64,000 nucleotides of DNA from an uncultured Gemmatimonadales bacterium (lineage in GTDB: Bacteria; Gemmatimonadota; Gemmatimonadetes; Gemmatimonadales; GWC2-71-9). The translations under genes and the position numbers were made by a program. Where the stretch lies: positions 1,046,096 through 1,110,095 of the forward strand of contig CAWGED010000019.1 in assembly GCA_963821525.1 (NCBI GenBank), given 5' to 3'. Positions 41,357 to 53,477 of this stretch are shown here, in pieces. Below the pieces are notes generated by a model. The model was given only the letters and a program-made list of their open reading frames with translations, was not told the origin of the DNA and did not search any database. The stretch's first letter is position 1, and every line of letters begins with the position of its first letter.

Positions 41357-42783
41357 TCGCGGTACCGGTTGCGGCCGTCGGCCTTGGCCTTGTAGAGGTT
41401 GGCGTCGGCGAGGCGGAGCAGGGATTCACCCTCGCCGGCTCGCTCATCAGGATAGCAGGCGATGCCGACGCTGATCGTCACCCGCACCGTCCTGCCCGCT
41501 TCACCGAAATCGTGGTTGGCGACGCGACGGAGAATGCGTTCGGCGAAGATGCGCGCGCCGCTTGCCCCGGTCTCGGGAAGCAGGATGACGAACTCCTCGC
41601 CGCCGTATCTCGCGACGATGTCCACCGCGCGCTGTTCCCGCCGCAGGATCATGGCGAGCTGGCGAAGGACGTTGTCGCCGACCAGATGGCCGTACGCGTC
41701 GTTGATCTGCTTGAAATTGTCGATATCCACCATCAGGCAGGCCAGCACCGTGCTGTAGCGGTTGGCCCGCTCGATTTCCTGCGCCAGCTTCTCGTTCAGC
41801 GCGCGCCGATTGAAGGTCTCGGTGAGCGGATCGGTCTCGGCCAACTGCTTCATCTGCTCCCGGCCGAGCACCGCGTTCTCCAGATCGTAGGCCTTCTCGA
41901 GCGCGGCCACGGCGGCGCGCACCACCTGGTCGGCGAAGTCCACGTCCCGATGGTCGAGCGGCGGGTCTTCTTCCGTGGTGCGCAGGAAGAACACCCCGGC
42001 GGGCTGGTCCCGCAGCGTGAAGGGCAACGCGATGGCGGACCGCGTCGGAACCGAACGCCCCTCGGCTTCCCACTCGGCACGGACTTCGTGGTAGAGCGGG
42101 TCGGTAAGAACGTCGTGCACCAGCACTACCTGGCGGGTATCGAGTGCCCGCCGGACCTCGGGATACCGCTTGAGATCGATCCGCAGGTTGCGAAGCATGG
42201 GATTCTCGTACGCCGCGACCACGAGCGCGTAATCATCCGAGTCGGCATTCGACACGATCAGCGAGCACTTGGAGATTCTCAGGCCCCGAGCCACGCGCCG
42301 CACCAGGATGTGATAGATCTCCTCCGGCTTGAGGGACGCCGTGACTTCCTGGAGGATGTCCACCATCTCCGAACGGCTGCGGGCTTCGGCCCGCGCCTGG
42401 TTCAGCTCCCGTCCCACCCGGAGGTGAGCCTTTACCCGGGCGAGCAGCTCCCGCACCCGGAAGGGCTTGGAGATGAAATCGGCTGCGCCGAGACCGAGCG
42501 CACGGACCGTGGCCTCCTCCGGTGGCATGGAGGAGATCATGAGAACCGGAAGGTCCTTGTGGTTGGGATCGTTCTTGACCCGCTCCAGCAGCTGCAGCCC
42601 ATCGACCCGCGGCATCATGATGTCGAGCAGCAGCAGATCGTAGGTATCCGCGTCGAGCCGCTCCAGCAGATGGTCCCCGTTGGGGACGCTCACCACCTCG
42701 TAGCCGTTCTCCTTGAGGATCCAGGCGAGGGTGCGGGACAGGGCCTGGTCATCATCCGCGACGATGATCTTCGGCGCGATCAT
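41353..42783 (-). CDS. REC-GAF-GGDEF diguanylate cyclase
   Basis: 'LLDIMMP', 'KPF'; RxxD I-site 'RAVD' then 'RYGGEEF'. Confidence 0.95.
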   Translation of the reverse strand: MIAPKIIVADDDQALSRTLAWILKENGYEVVSVPNGDHLLERLDADTYDLLLLDIMMPRVDGLQLLERVKNDPNHKDLPVLMISSMPPEEATVRALGLGAADFISKPFRVRELLARVKAHLRVGRELNQARAEARSRSEMVDILQEVTASLKPEEIYHILVRRVARGLRISKCSLIVSNADSDDYALVVAAYENPMLRNLRIDLKRYPEVRRALDTRQVVLVHDVLTDPLYHEVRAEWEAEGRSVPTRSAIALPFTLRDQPAGVFFLRTTEEDPPLDHRDVDFADQVVRAAVAALEKAYDLENAVLGREQMKQLAETDPLTETFNRRALNEKLAQEIERANRYSTVLACLMVDIDNFKQINDAYGHLVGDNVLRQLAMILRREQRAVDIVARYGGEEFVILLPETGASGARIFAERILRRVANHDFGEAGRTVRVTISVGIACYPDERAGEGESLLRLADANLYKAKADGRNRYRD

Positions 42784-43755
42784 TCAGGACACCAGGCGCT
42801 GGAAGAGATCGGGGTCCACGTTGCCGCCGCTCAGAATGGCGACGGTAGGCCCGGTGGGGACGTAATGCCGTGCGAGGAGGGCAGCCACAGAGGCGGCACC
42901 CGACGGCTCCACCCGGAGTCCGGCGTTCTCGAAGAGGAACCGCACCGCCGATTTCAAGTCGGCGTCCTCCACCTGCACCGCTTCCCGGACCCGACCATCA
43001 ATCGCCGCGAAGGGAATGGCACCGATGGACGGGGTAAGCAGCCCGTCGGCCAGGCTCGGCCCCGGATCGATTCGCTCGGAGCGACCCGCGGCCAGCGCGG
43101 CGGAGAGCTTGCGGACGTTCGAGGGCTCGACTCCGACGATGCTGGCGGTCGGGATCAAGTCGGCAATCACTGTAGTAATACCCGCCAGCAGGCCACCTCC
43201 CCCGGTGGGCACGAGCACCGCTCGCAAGTCAGGGCACTGCTCGGCGATTTCCAGTCCGCAGGTGCCCTGCCCTGCTACCACGTCGGCATGCTCGAACGGC
43301 GGAATCGGGACCATGCCCCGCTCGCGCACCAGGCCCTCAAACACCGGTTCGCGCTGCCGGCGGTCACTCACGAAGACGATTTCGGCGCCCTGCTCGCGAA
43401 CTCCGTTGATCTTGACCCGTGGCGCATCCTCCGGCATCACGACGACGGCCGCCACACCGAGCCGCTTGGCGGCGTAGGCCAGCGCCAGCCCGTGATTGCC
43501 GCTGGAGTGCGTTACTACACCCCGAGCGCGGTCGGTTTCCGAGAGACGGGAGATCGCGGTATAGGCCCCGCGCAGCTTGAAGGCGCCTACCGGCTGCAGG
43601 TGCTCGCACTTGAGCCAGACCGGTACACCGATCAGGCGATTCAAGGCGGGCGATTCGACCAGCGGAGTTCGCAGAGCCACACCGGCAAGCGCCACGGCGG
43701 CCTCACGAACAGAGGCGAGAGTGACTCGGGCGGGGTACGTCGACGTCAGGGGCAC
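42784..43755 (-). CDS. Threonine/serine dehydratase (PLP, no ACT domain)
   Basis: 'KCEHLQ..GAFKLRGA', 'SSGNHG', 'GGGGL', 'EPSGA', 'SGGN'. Confidence 0.9.
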   Translation of the reverse strand: MPLTSTYPARVTLASVREAAVALAGVALRTPLVESPALNRLIGVPVWLKCEHLQPVGAFKLRGAYTAISRLSETDRARGVVTHSSGNHGLALAYAAKRLGVAAVVVMPEDAPRVKINGVREQGAEIVFVSDRRQREPVFEGLVRERGMVPIPPFEHADVVAGQGTCGLEIAEQCPDLRAVLVPTGGGGLLAGITTVIADLIPTASIVGVEPSNVRKLSAALAAGRSERIDPGPSLADGLLTPSIGAIPFAAIDGRVREAVQVEDADLKSAVRFLFENAGLRVEPSGAASVAALLARHYVPTGPTVAILSGGNVDPDLFQRLVS

Positions 43756-43806
43756 GGGGCGAAAGTAGGACTCTGCGGGTGGGTGGGCAAGGGAAGGGAA
43801 AAGTAA

Positions 43807-43880
43807 TGAGGACTGAGGACTGAGGACTGAGCGCGAGAGCTGTTACAGGCCCACCGACTCAGTCCTCAGTCCACAGTCCT
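43807..43880. repeat. TGAGGAC heptamer arrays in inverted arrangement downstream of gyrA
   Basis: TGAGGAC x3 + TGAG (43807-31) and CTCAGTCCTCAGTCCACAGTCCT (43858-80). Confidence 0.85.
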
Positions 43881-43890
43881 TTCACTTCAG

Positions 43891-46383
<2,493 letters not shown>

Positions 46384-46884
46384 GAGTATCCGTACTGAGG
46401 GTAAGGCGGGGCCGAGGTACTGCCGGGGACCAGCAAATATACTCGGAATGAAGACCCGAAGGCAACCCGGAGGAGGCCGCCTAACAGCCGAAATGCCAAC
46501 TAGTTACGGAAGGTCTGCGGTGGGAGCTCGGCCGGCCTGCACTCGGGCCCGAGCCGAGCATGAAAAACGGCTTAGTGAGAGCCCCGGACGAGGAGGACAG
46601 TGCCCCGAGGTCCGGCCGATAACCCTGGGGTCCAGCGGCATGATGACCCGGCCGATCGGTTCGCCATGGGAATCGAAGAGTTCGTAGACTTCTGGCTGTC
46701 CGTTCGTTGTCCGCATAACCATTGTTGCACCCTCCAAGCTGACCTGCCTGCAGCGGCCAAGCCGCGATCACAGCGAGTAAGACGCTCGAGCCCCGCAAAG
46801 GGTTGCCTGCCCGCACCGCGCAACCCTTCCGGGGGGCGCATTGTCTAGGGTCCAGCGACCGATAACCAATGCCTCCGGAGCCTG

Positions 46885-47424
46885 GTGGACGACCGTGAAC
46901 TGATCGCCCGAGTCCTGGCCGGAGAGGCCACCGCGGAGCGGGCACTCTATGACCGGCATGTGGACCGCGTGTACCGCCTGGCCTATCGCCTGGCGGGCGA
47001 TCCCGATCTGGCCATGGACTTCACTCAGGACACGTTCATCCGGGCCTTCGACCGGTTGGCCTCGTATCGAGGGGATGCAGCGTTTTCGACCTGGCTTACT
47101 GCAGTGGCGACCTCGGTCGCACTCAACGGGTTGCGGAAGCTCAAGCGATTCCGGGAGCGGGAAACGGACCTCGAGCATGGCGACAAAGTGGCTTCAAAGC
47201 GGTCCTCTGAGCCGGATCTCAAGGAACGGTTGTCCCGGGAAATTGACCGGCTGCCCCTGGGCTACAGGACGGTGTTCGTGATGCACGATGTCGAGGGCTA
47301 CACCCATGAAGAGATCGGCACGGCCCTCGGAGTAGAGACCGGAACCTCGAAGGCGCAGCTGTCCCGGGCCCGGGCGAAGCTGAGAGAAGCGCTGGCCGAC
47401 TTTGCAGGGGAATGGAAACCATGA
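46885..47424 (+). CDS. ECF RNA polymerase sigma factor
   Basis: 'TQDTFIRAF', 'FSTWL', 'HDVEGYTHEEI', 'SKAQLSRAR'. Confidence 0.9.
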   Translation: MDDRELIARVLAGEATAERALYDRHVDRVYRLAYRLAGDPDLAMDFTQDTFIRAFDRLASYRGDAAFSTWLTAVATSVALNGLRKLKRFRERETDLEHGDKVASKRSSEPDLKERLSREIDRLPLGYRTVFVMHDVEGYTHEEIGTALGVETGTSKAQLSRARAKLREALADFAGEWKP

Positions 47425-48041
47425 ACGACGACGAGTGGGACGAGAGGCTGTCGAAGGCTGCTCGAGCCTATCACCAGCCGCCTGAGACTCCGAGAGAAGA
47501 GATCTGGGCGGGGATTCGGGCGCGGCGGAAGCGGCGTTCGGTCCTGCGGCCGCCCCAGGTCATCTGGTGGAGTGTCGGAGTGGCCGCTCTTCTGATTATC
47601 GGCATCGGCATCGGGCGACTCACCGTGAAGCCCCAGCCGGTGAACCCCGCGCCGGAGCTGGCCCGTGCGCCGAGCCGTCAGACGGCGGCCATGGCGGTCG
47701 CCGCGATTCAGCACCTTAGCCGGGCAGAGGCCCTGCTCACCGGCTTCCGCGCCGAGGGCAAGACTGCGGGCGCCGACGCGAACTTCTCGGCTTCAGCGCG
47801 CGACCTGCTTTCAACTACTCGGCTGTTGCTCGACTCGCCGGAGCTCACTGATCCGCAGATGCGCGGCCTGTTGGAGGACCTGGAGCTGGTGCTGGTCCAG
47901 ATCACCCAGTTGAGCGCCGAGCACGGGCATGAGGAAGTGGACCTGATCACCGAAGGTTTGAAACAGCGCGGGTTGATGCCGCGGCTTCGGTCGGCGATTC
48001 CCGCCGGCTCCGCGGCCACCAGCGCACAAGGAGAAATCTGA
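47421..48041 (+). CDS. Single-TM putative anti-sigma factor
   Basis: Overlaps sigma stop; TM; 'LLEDLELVLVQI'. Confidence 0.6.
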   Translation: MNDDEWDERLSKAARAYHQPPETPREEIWAGIRARRKRRSVLRPPQVIWWSVGVAALLIIGIGIGRLTVKPQPVNPAPELARAPSRQTAAMAVAAIQHLSRAEALLTGFRAEGKTAGADANFSASARDLLSTTRLLLDSPELTDPQMRGLLEDLELVLVQITQLSAEHGHEEVDLITEGLKQRGLMPRLRSAIPAGSAATSAQGEI

Positions 48042-49390
48042 TGCGGAACGCGTATCTGTCGGCGGCGTTGCTGTTGGTTCTTGGCGGGGCAGTTGGGGGA
48101 GGGAGCTCCTCTGCCGCGGTTTCGCAGGGTCAGGCCTCCGTGGTGCCTGCTCCCTGGGCCGTGGAGGACCCCGCGGACAGCCTCTATCGCGCGGCTCGCG
48201 ATGCGCTGAACCGCAACGATTACACCCGGGCCGCGGACCTGTTCCGCAAGATCCGGGATACCTATCCCAAGTCGCAGTACACCCCCGATGCCTACTACTG
48301 GGAGGCATTCGCACTCTACCGCCGGGGCGCGACCAGCGATCTCAATACCGCGCTGGCCTCGCTGGAGCAGCAGGAGAAGAAGTATCCCAAGGCCGCCACA
48401 CGGGGAGACGCGCGTTCTCTGACGACGCGGATTCGCAGCGAGCTCGCGAAGCGGGGGGATCCCGACCAGCGATTCCGCGTGGATAGCGAGGCCAAGGCTG
48501 CCGCGCAGGGTTGCCCGGACGACGAAGACGATGTCCGCATCGAGGCACTCAACGGCCTGCTGCAGATGGACGCGGACCGGGCGATGCCGATCCTGAAGAA
48601 GGTGCTCGCCCGTCGTGATGCGTGCTCGGAGGTCTTGCGTCGCAAGGCGGTGTTCCTGGTCTCCCAGAAACGCAGCGCCGAGACCGAATCCATTCTGCTC
48701 GGGGCGGCGCGGACCGATCCGGATGATGAGGTACGCCAGCAGGCGGTGTTCTGGCTGTCCCAGGTAGGAAGCGAAACGGCGGTGAGCGCGCTCGATTCGA
48801 TCCTGCGCACCTCGCGAGACACGGAGCTGCAGAAGAAGGCGATCTTCGCCCTGTCGCAGATGGACAGTCCCCGGGCCAGCGCGATCATCCGCTCCTACGC
48901 CGAGCGGACCGACGCCTCGAGCGAAGTCCAGGAGCAGGCCATCTTCTGGCTGGGCCAGCACGACTCTCCCGAGAACGCGGCGTACCTCAAGTCGCTGTAC
49001 AAGCGCCTCTCCAGCGACGAATTGAAGGAGAAGGTGATTTTCTCGCTCTCCCAGATGGAGGGACAGGGCAGCGGGAAATGGTTGATGGACCTGGCCACCG
49101 ATGAGGCCGAGCCGATCGAAATGCGGAAGAAGGCCCTGTTCTGGGCTGGTCAGACCGGAACCGCTACCGCCGACCTGGTCAATCTCTACGGCAGGACGCG
49201 GAACTCGGAGATCAAGGAGCAGCTGATCTTCGTGTACTCCCAACGGAGTGACAAGGCCTCGGCGGACAAGCTTCTCGACATCGCGAAGAACGAGCCGGAC
49301 AAAGAGTTGAAGAAGAAAGCCATCTTCTGGCTTTCCCAATCGGATGACCCGCGCGCGGCGGATTACCTCCAGTCCATCATCGAGCAATGA
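48041..49390 (+). CDS. Secreted TPR + HEAT-repeat protein
   Basis: Signal peptide; BamD-like TPR 'YP.S...DAYYW'; repeated 'K.AIFWL(G/S)Q' units. Confidence 0.85.
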   Translation: MRNAYLSAALLLVLGGAVGGGSSSAAVSQGQASVVPAPWAVEDPADSLYRAARDALNRNDYTRAADLFRKIRDTYPKSQYTPDAYYWEAFALYRRGATSDLNTALASLEQQEKKYPKAATRGDARSLTTRIRSELAKRGDPDQRFRVDSEAKAAAQGCPDDEDDVRIEALNGLLQMDADRAMPILKKVLARRDACSEVLRRKAVFLVSQKRSAETESILLGAARTDPDDEVRQQAVFWLSQVGSETAVSALDSILRTSRDTELQKKAIFALSQMDSPRASAIIRSYAERTDASSEVQEQAIFWLGQHDSPENAAYLKSLYKRLSSDELKEKVIFSLSQMEGQGSGKWLMDLATDEAEPIEMRKKALFWAGQTGTATADLVNLYGRTRNSEIKEQLIFVYSQRSDKASADKLLDIAKNEPDKELKKKAIFWLSQSDDPRAADYLQSIIEQ

Positions 49391-50220
49391 GAGGAGCGTG
49401 GAGTATGGCCTTGGATATCCGCGCGATCTGCATCCTGGCGCTCGCCCCGATAGAGCCGGTGGTGGCGCAAAGCCTCGCCCAGCGAGTCGCCGCGGCTCCC
49501 GATGGGAAAGTGGAGTTCAGCTTCGCTTCGCGCCCCGGCGTCTGTGGCGACGGCAAAGGCGTCATCGGAGACGGGCGACACTTCATGATGATGCATGGGA
49601 ACGGCTTCTCGATCTCCGATGGTGATGACGATGATGACGACTACATCCGGGGCTGCCCCTGCGAACCGGGGCCGGTCCGGGTCTCACTCCGGGTGCGAAG
49701 CCACGAGGTCGATGACGTGAGCACCTACGTCGGACCGCTCCCCTCGACCGCCCGGACCGGAGTCACCGACCTCGGCAGGGTCGATGTGAAGTCGGCGACG
49801 AATTATCTGCTTGGCGTTGCAAGACAGGGTGACAGCGATCTCGGGCACGACGCCATCTTCCCCGCGACCCTGGCCGACAGCGTCGTCGTCTGGCCGGAGC
49901 TGCTCAAGATTGCCCGGGATGAGTCAGTGGCGAGAGATACGAGACAGAGTGCGGTATTCTGGGTCAGCCAGGCTGCGGGCGATGCGGCGACCCGGGGATT
50001 GGACTCGCTGGTCTCCGACGAGAACGGGGACCGTGATATTCGGGAACATGCGGTGTTTGCTCTCTCGCAGCGGCCGAAGGAAGAGGGCGTGCCGATCCTG
50101 ATTCGGATCGCGAAGACCAACAAGGACCCGGAGATCAGGCGCAGGGCGTTGTTCTGGCTGGGCCAATCGGAGGATCCGCGGGCGCTGGCCTTGTTTGAGG
50201 AGATTCTGACCAAGCGTTGA
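49387..50220 (+). CDS. Secreted HEAT-repeat protein
   Basis: 'RPGVCGDG', 'C.PGPVRV', 'AVFWVSQ', 'AVFALSQ', 'ALFWLGQSEDPRA'. Confidence 0.85.
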   Translation: MRGAWSMALDIRAICILALAPIEPVVAQSLAQRVAAAPDGKVEFSFASRPGVCGDGKGVIGDGRHFMMMHGNGFSISDGDDDDDDYIRGCPCEPGPVRVSLRVRSHEVDDVSTYVGPLPSTARTGVTDLGRVDVKSATNYLLGVARQGDSDLGHDAIFPATLADSVVVWPELLKIARDESVARDTRQSAVFWVSQAAGDAATRGLDSLVSDENGDRDIREHAVFALSQRPKEEGVPILIRIAKTNKDPEIRRRALFWLGQSEDPRALALFEEILTKR

Positions 50221-50236
50221 CGGAAGTAGTAACCAA

Positions 50237-50388
50237 CGTGCTCCGCGGTAAGCTGTTTTAAGCTGGAACGACAAAAGCTTACCACGGAAGACGCGGAAAC
50301 ACGCTGATCACGCGGAAACGTTTCATGATTCACAATCCGCGGCCATCCGCGTATTCCGCGTGCTCCGCGGTAAGCTGTTTTCAGCTGG
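50237..50388. repeat. Composite palindromic intergenic repeat
   Basis: 30-bp direct repeat CGTGCTCCGCGGTAAGCTGTTTT(A/C)AGCTGG at 50237 and 50359; internal ACGCGGA / TCCGCG units in inverted arrangement. Confidence 0.8.
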
Positions 50389-50472
50389 GAGCGACCAAGA
50401 GATTGCCGCAGTTGGGACCGCGCCGAGGAGGCATGAGGTAGCTTCCGGGGCGCCCAGTTACATTTCCGCCCC

Positions 50473-51546
50473 ATGTTTTCGCCGTCACGCCTCCTCGCCA
50501 TAGCGCTGATTACCACCGGCTGCGGCCCATCCAACGCCAAAGCGCCGATCGAAGTCTTGCCGCCAGGCACTGACCCAATCGTCTCTCCCGTCGGAGAGGC
50601 GACCGATGCAGTCTGGCTCGGCGGCGAGCGCTGGGCCATCATCGCGCCACAGGACAAGGCCGTGAGCCTGGTGGATTTCACCAGCCGTACGATCAGCCCG
50701 TTCGGTGGTGCGCGGGGAGCGAAGGAATACCAACAGCCCTTTGACATCTTCCGCACCGGGGATTCAGTCGCGATCGGCGACTGGCAGATGCGTCGCACCA
50801 CGATCTGGTCGCTCGACGGCAAGATGATCGGCATCATTCCGGCAGTGAACAGTCTCCGAGGGGCACTCCCGCGGGCTCGAGATGGCGCCGGACGCTGGTA
50901 CTTCGAGCTGCGGCCTCTGCCCGGCCCCGAAGGAGCAGGCAATCGTGATTCGGCCTTCGTGATACGCACCGAGTCCGATTTCTCCCAACCCGATACCGTA
51001 ATCCGTCTCGCACCGCTGGACGTAGTAGAGATGATCTCGGAGGGTCGCCGCCGTTTTGAACGCCGACTGCTCAGTGGACAGGACCGGTGGGGTGTATTAC
51101 CCGACGGGTCGCTGTGGGTAGCTCGGGTGCAACAAAACCGGGTGGACTGGGTAGGAAATGACCAGGCGGTTCACCGGGGTCCGGAATTGCCGGACCAGGT
51201 ATTTCCGGTGAGCGAGCCCGATCGTGAGCTCTTTTTGCGCCGCTTTCCTCAGGAGCTTCGCGCCACTGCGGAGCAGATTCCCTTCGCCGCTATCAAGCCA
51301 CCCTTCGAAGCCGCTTTTACCACACCGGCCGGGCAGGTTTGGCTGGTTAAGAGCCGGGCAGTCGGCGACTCGCTGCGCAGCAACCAGGTGGTCGGACGAG
51401 ATGGCCATCTGACCCGCGAGGTGCGACATCATGGCCACGGCCACGTCCTCGCAGCGAGTCAGAGTGCGGTGCTCTTGACTGAGCCGTTCGAAGGCGGGGT
51501 TCGACTTTACCAAATTGCGTTGCCTCAGGCGACTCCTGGCCAATGA
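50473..51546 (+). CDS. Beta-propeller (6-bladed-like) lipoprotein
   Basis: Lipobox TTGC; 'DRWGVLPDGSLWVAR', 'KPPF', 'GQVWL'. Confidence 0.65.
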   Translation: MFSPSRLLAIALITTGCGPSNAKAPIEVLPPGTDPIVSPVGEATDAVWLGGERWAIIAPQDKAVSLVDFTSRTISPFGGARGAKEYQQPFDIFRTGDSVAIGDWQMRRTTIWSLDGKMIGIIPAVNSLRGALPRARDGAGRWYFELRPLPGPEGAGNRDSAFVIRTESDFSQPDTVIRLAPLDVVEMISEGRRRFERRLLSGQDRWGVLPDGSLWVARVQQNRVDWVGNDQAVHRGPELPDQVFPVSEPDRELFLRRFPQELRATAEQIPFAAIKPPFEAAFTTPAGQVWLVKSRAVGDSLRSNQVVGRDGHLTREVRHHGHGHVLAASQSAVLLTEPFEGGVRLYQIALPQATPGQ

Positions 51547-52709
51547 GTCACCTCATGTTCAACCGTTCCTTGTGGAGCCACCTCATGACCCGCTGGAGTC
51601 CGATTGCCGTCGTTCTGGGAGTGTTCCTGGTCGCTTCGTGCGGCCGGAAACCAACCAGCACCATCGTGCTGGACAAGCCCGAGGCGACGCTGTCTCACAC
51701 TTTCCAGCAGGTGAGCAACGTGGTCGAGCTTCCCGACGGACGGCTCGCCATGGCCGACGTCAAGGCGCGGAGCTTTCTGTTCCTGAATCCCTCGAACGGA
51801 GAGGTACAGGAGCTCGGAGAACACGCCGACACGATCTGGCCGCCGGATTCCCTCCCAGCCGGCACAAGATTCCAGGGTTCGTGCTGCGGATTTCCGCCGA
51901 TACCCTCGCCCTGGTGGATTTCGGCGCGGAGCGGACCACGCTCTGGACCGTCCAGGGTCAACCACTTGGTGTGATCAACCGGTCCCCGGTCGGTGGCCAC
52001 AACCAGCCGCTCAACTACGATGCCGCGCTGAACGGATACAAGGAGGACGTGCGCTCGGTGATGGGAGGGCTGGAGCCGGGAGACGAGGTCAAGTACGACA
52101 GCCTGAATGTGCTCCGGATTCCGCGGGGAGATACCATCGCGGACACTGTAGCCCGGCTCAAGCTGCCGCCCTGGGGTGATGGCCAGTTCGGAGAACAGAA
52201 GAAGATCGTCTCCACCATCTTCGGGGGGAGAGATCTGTTTCGGTGTACTTCCCGATGGTTCGATGTGGGTTGCCCGGGCATCAAACAACGCCGTGGACTG
52301 GCGGGATCCGTCGGGGAAATGGCAGAAAGGGCCCTCCCGATCCTACACCCGGATCTCGGTCACCGAGGACGACAAAAAGAGCTTTCTGGAGAAAGTCCGC
52401 TCGCAGATGAGCCAGGTCGGGGGGCCGGCCGGAATAGAACTCTCCTACCCCTTTGCCGACTACAAGCCGCCCTTCAGCGCCGGCGTCACGGGTGCAGATG
52501 GCTCAGTATGGTTGCAGCGTTCCCGCGCCCTCGGCGATTCGACTTCGGTGTGGGACGTGGTCGGGCGGGACGGAAATCAGCTGAAGACGGTGCAGTTACC
52601 CCTGGGAACGGCACTCGCCGGTTTTGGAGCTGACGGCACGGTCTATCTGCTACGCCGGCTGGATGGTGGTGTTGGGCAGGTGGTGGAGAAATACGGCGTC
52701 AAGCCATAG
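51543..52709 (+). CDS. Paralogous beta-propeller lipoprotein; frameshifts near 51870 and 52240
   Basis: Lipobox VASC; 'ELPDGRL', 'FGVLPDGSMWVAR', 'KPPF', 'GSVWLQRS'. Confidence 0.65.
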
Positions 52710-52712
52710 TGC

Positions 52713-52782
52713 CCTAAGCCTAGCTAAGCCTTAAGCCAGGCTTAGGCTTAAGCAGTGCAGCTTACGGCCTACGGCTTAAGGC
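52713..52782. repeat. Self-complementary CCTAAG/CTTAGG short-repeat tract between convergent genes
   Basis: CCTAAGCCTAGCTAAGCCTTAAGCCAGGCTTAGGCTTAAG...GGCTTAAGG. Confidence 0.65.
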
Positions 52783-52783
52783 A

Positions 52784-53477
52784 CTAATCCGCCGGAATAC
52801 CCTCGGGTGGATCAGTTCTTCGCCGATTCCGCCGCACACCAGCTTCGTACCACTTCCGCGTGATCTCCCCAGCCAGGTCCCGGTTGCCCAGGCCAAACGC
52901 GAGTCCAGCCGCCAGCGCGACTGAGCCCAGAATGAGCGTGAACGCCGAGGTGACGATCTCCTCCGCCACACCGACCTGCTGCAGCGCCATGAACAGGGCG
53001 ATCAGAACCATGATCCCCTTGGTCAGCTTGGCCAGCGTGGGAACTCCCGAAACACCGCCCGCCGAGGCCAGGATGACGCCCTGGACAAATTCCCCGATGA
53101 TGATGCCGAGGATGATGATGATGATTCCGGATATCAGCGTGGGAATGAAGGCGATCATCCGGCCGAACATGTCGCGGATGTTCTCCAGGCCCAGCGCCGA
53201 ACTGGCGAACAGAATCACCACGAGCATCATCAGCCAGAACACCAGCCGACCGACGGCGTTGACCGGATCCACCCGGCCCCGATTGACCGCCTCGGCGAAA
53301 CCACCGTCCGCGACCATGCGCTTGAACTCGAGGCGTTGCAGGGTCTTGTCGGTCCAGCGCTCGAGCTGCTTCGCCACCAGATAGCCGGTCAGCAGAATAA
53401 CCAGAGCCCCGATCAGGCCCGGTAAGACATCCGCGAGCTCACCCGCTCCCAGCAGCAGCCGATCCCGATTCGCTCAT
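52784..53477 (-). CDS. Small-conductance mechanosensitive channel TM-helix / CmpX-like protein; frameshift near start
   Basis: 'LPGLIGALVILLTGYLVAK', 'FIPTL', 'ALQQVGV', 'GLAFGLGNRDLA'. Confidence 0.75.

Noticed and set aside
50237..50388. Possible mini CRISPR array
   Set aside because: Only two repeats, a 92-bp self-complementary spacer and no cas genes
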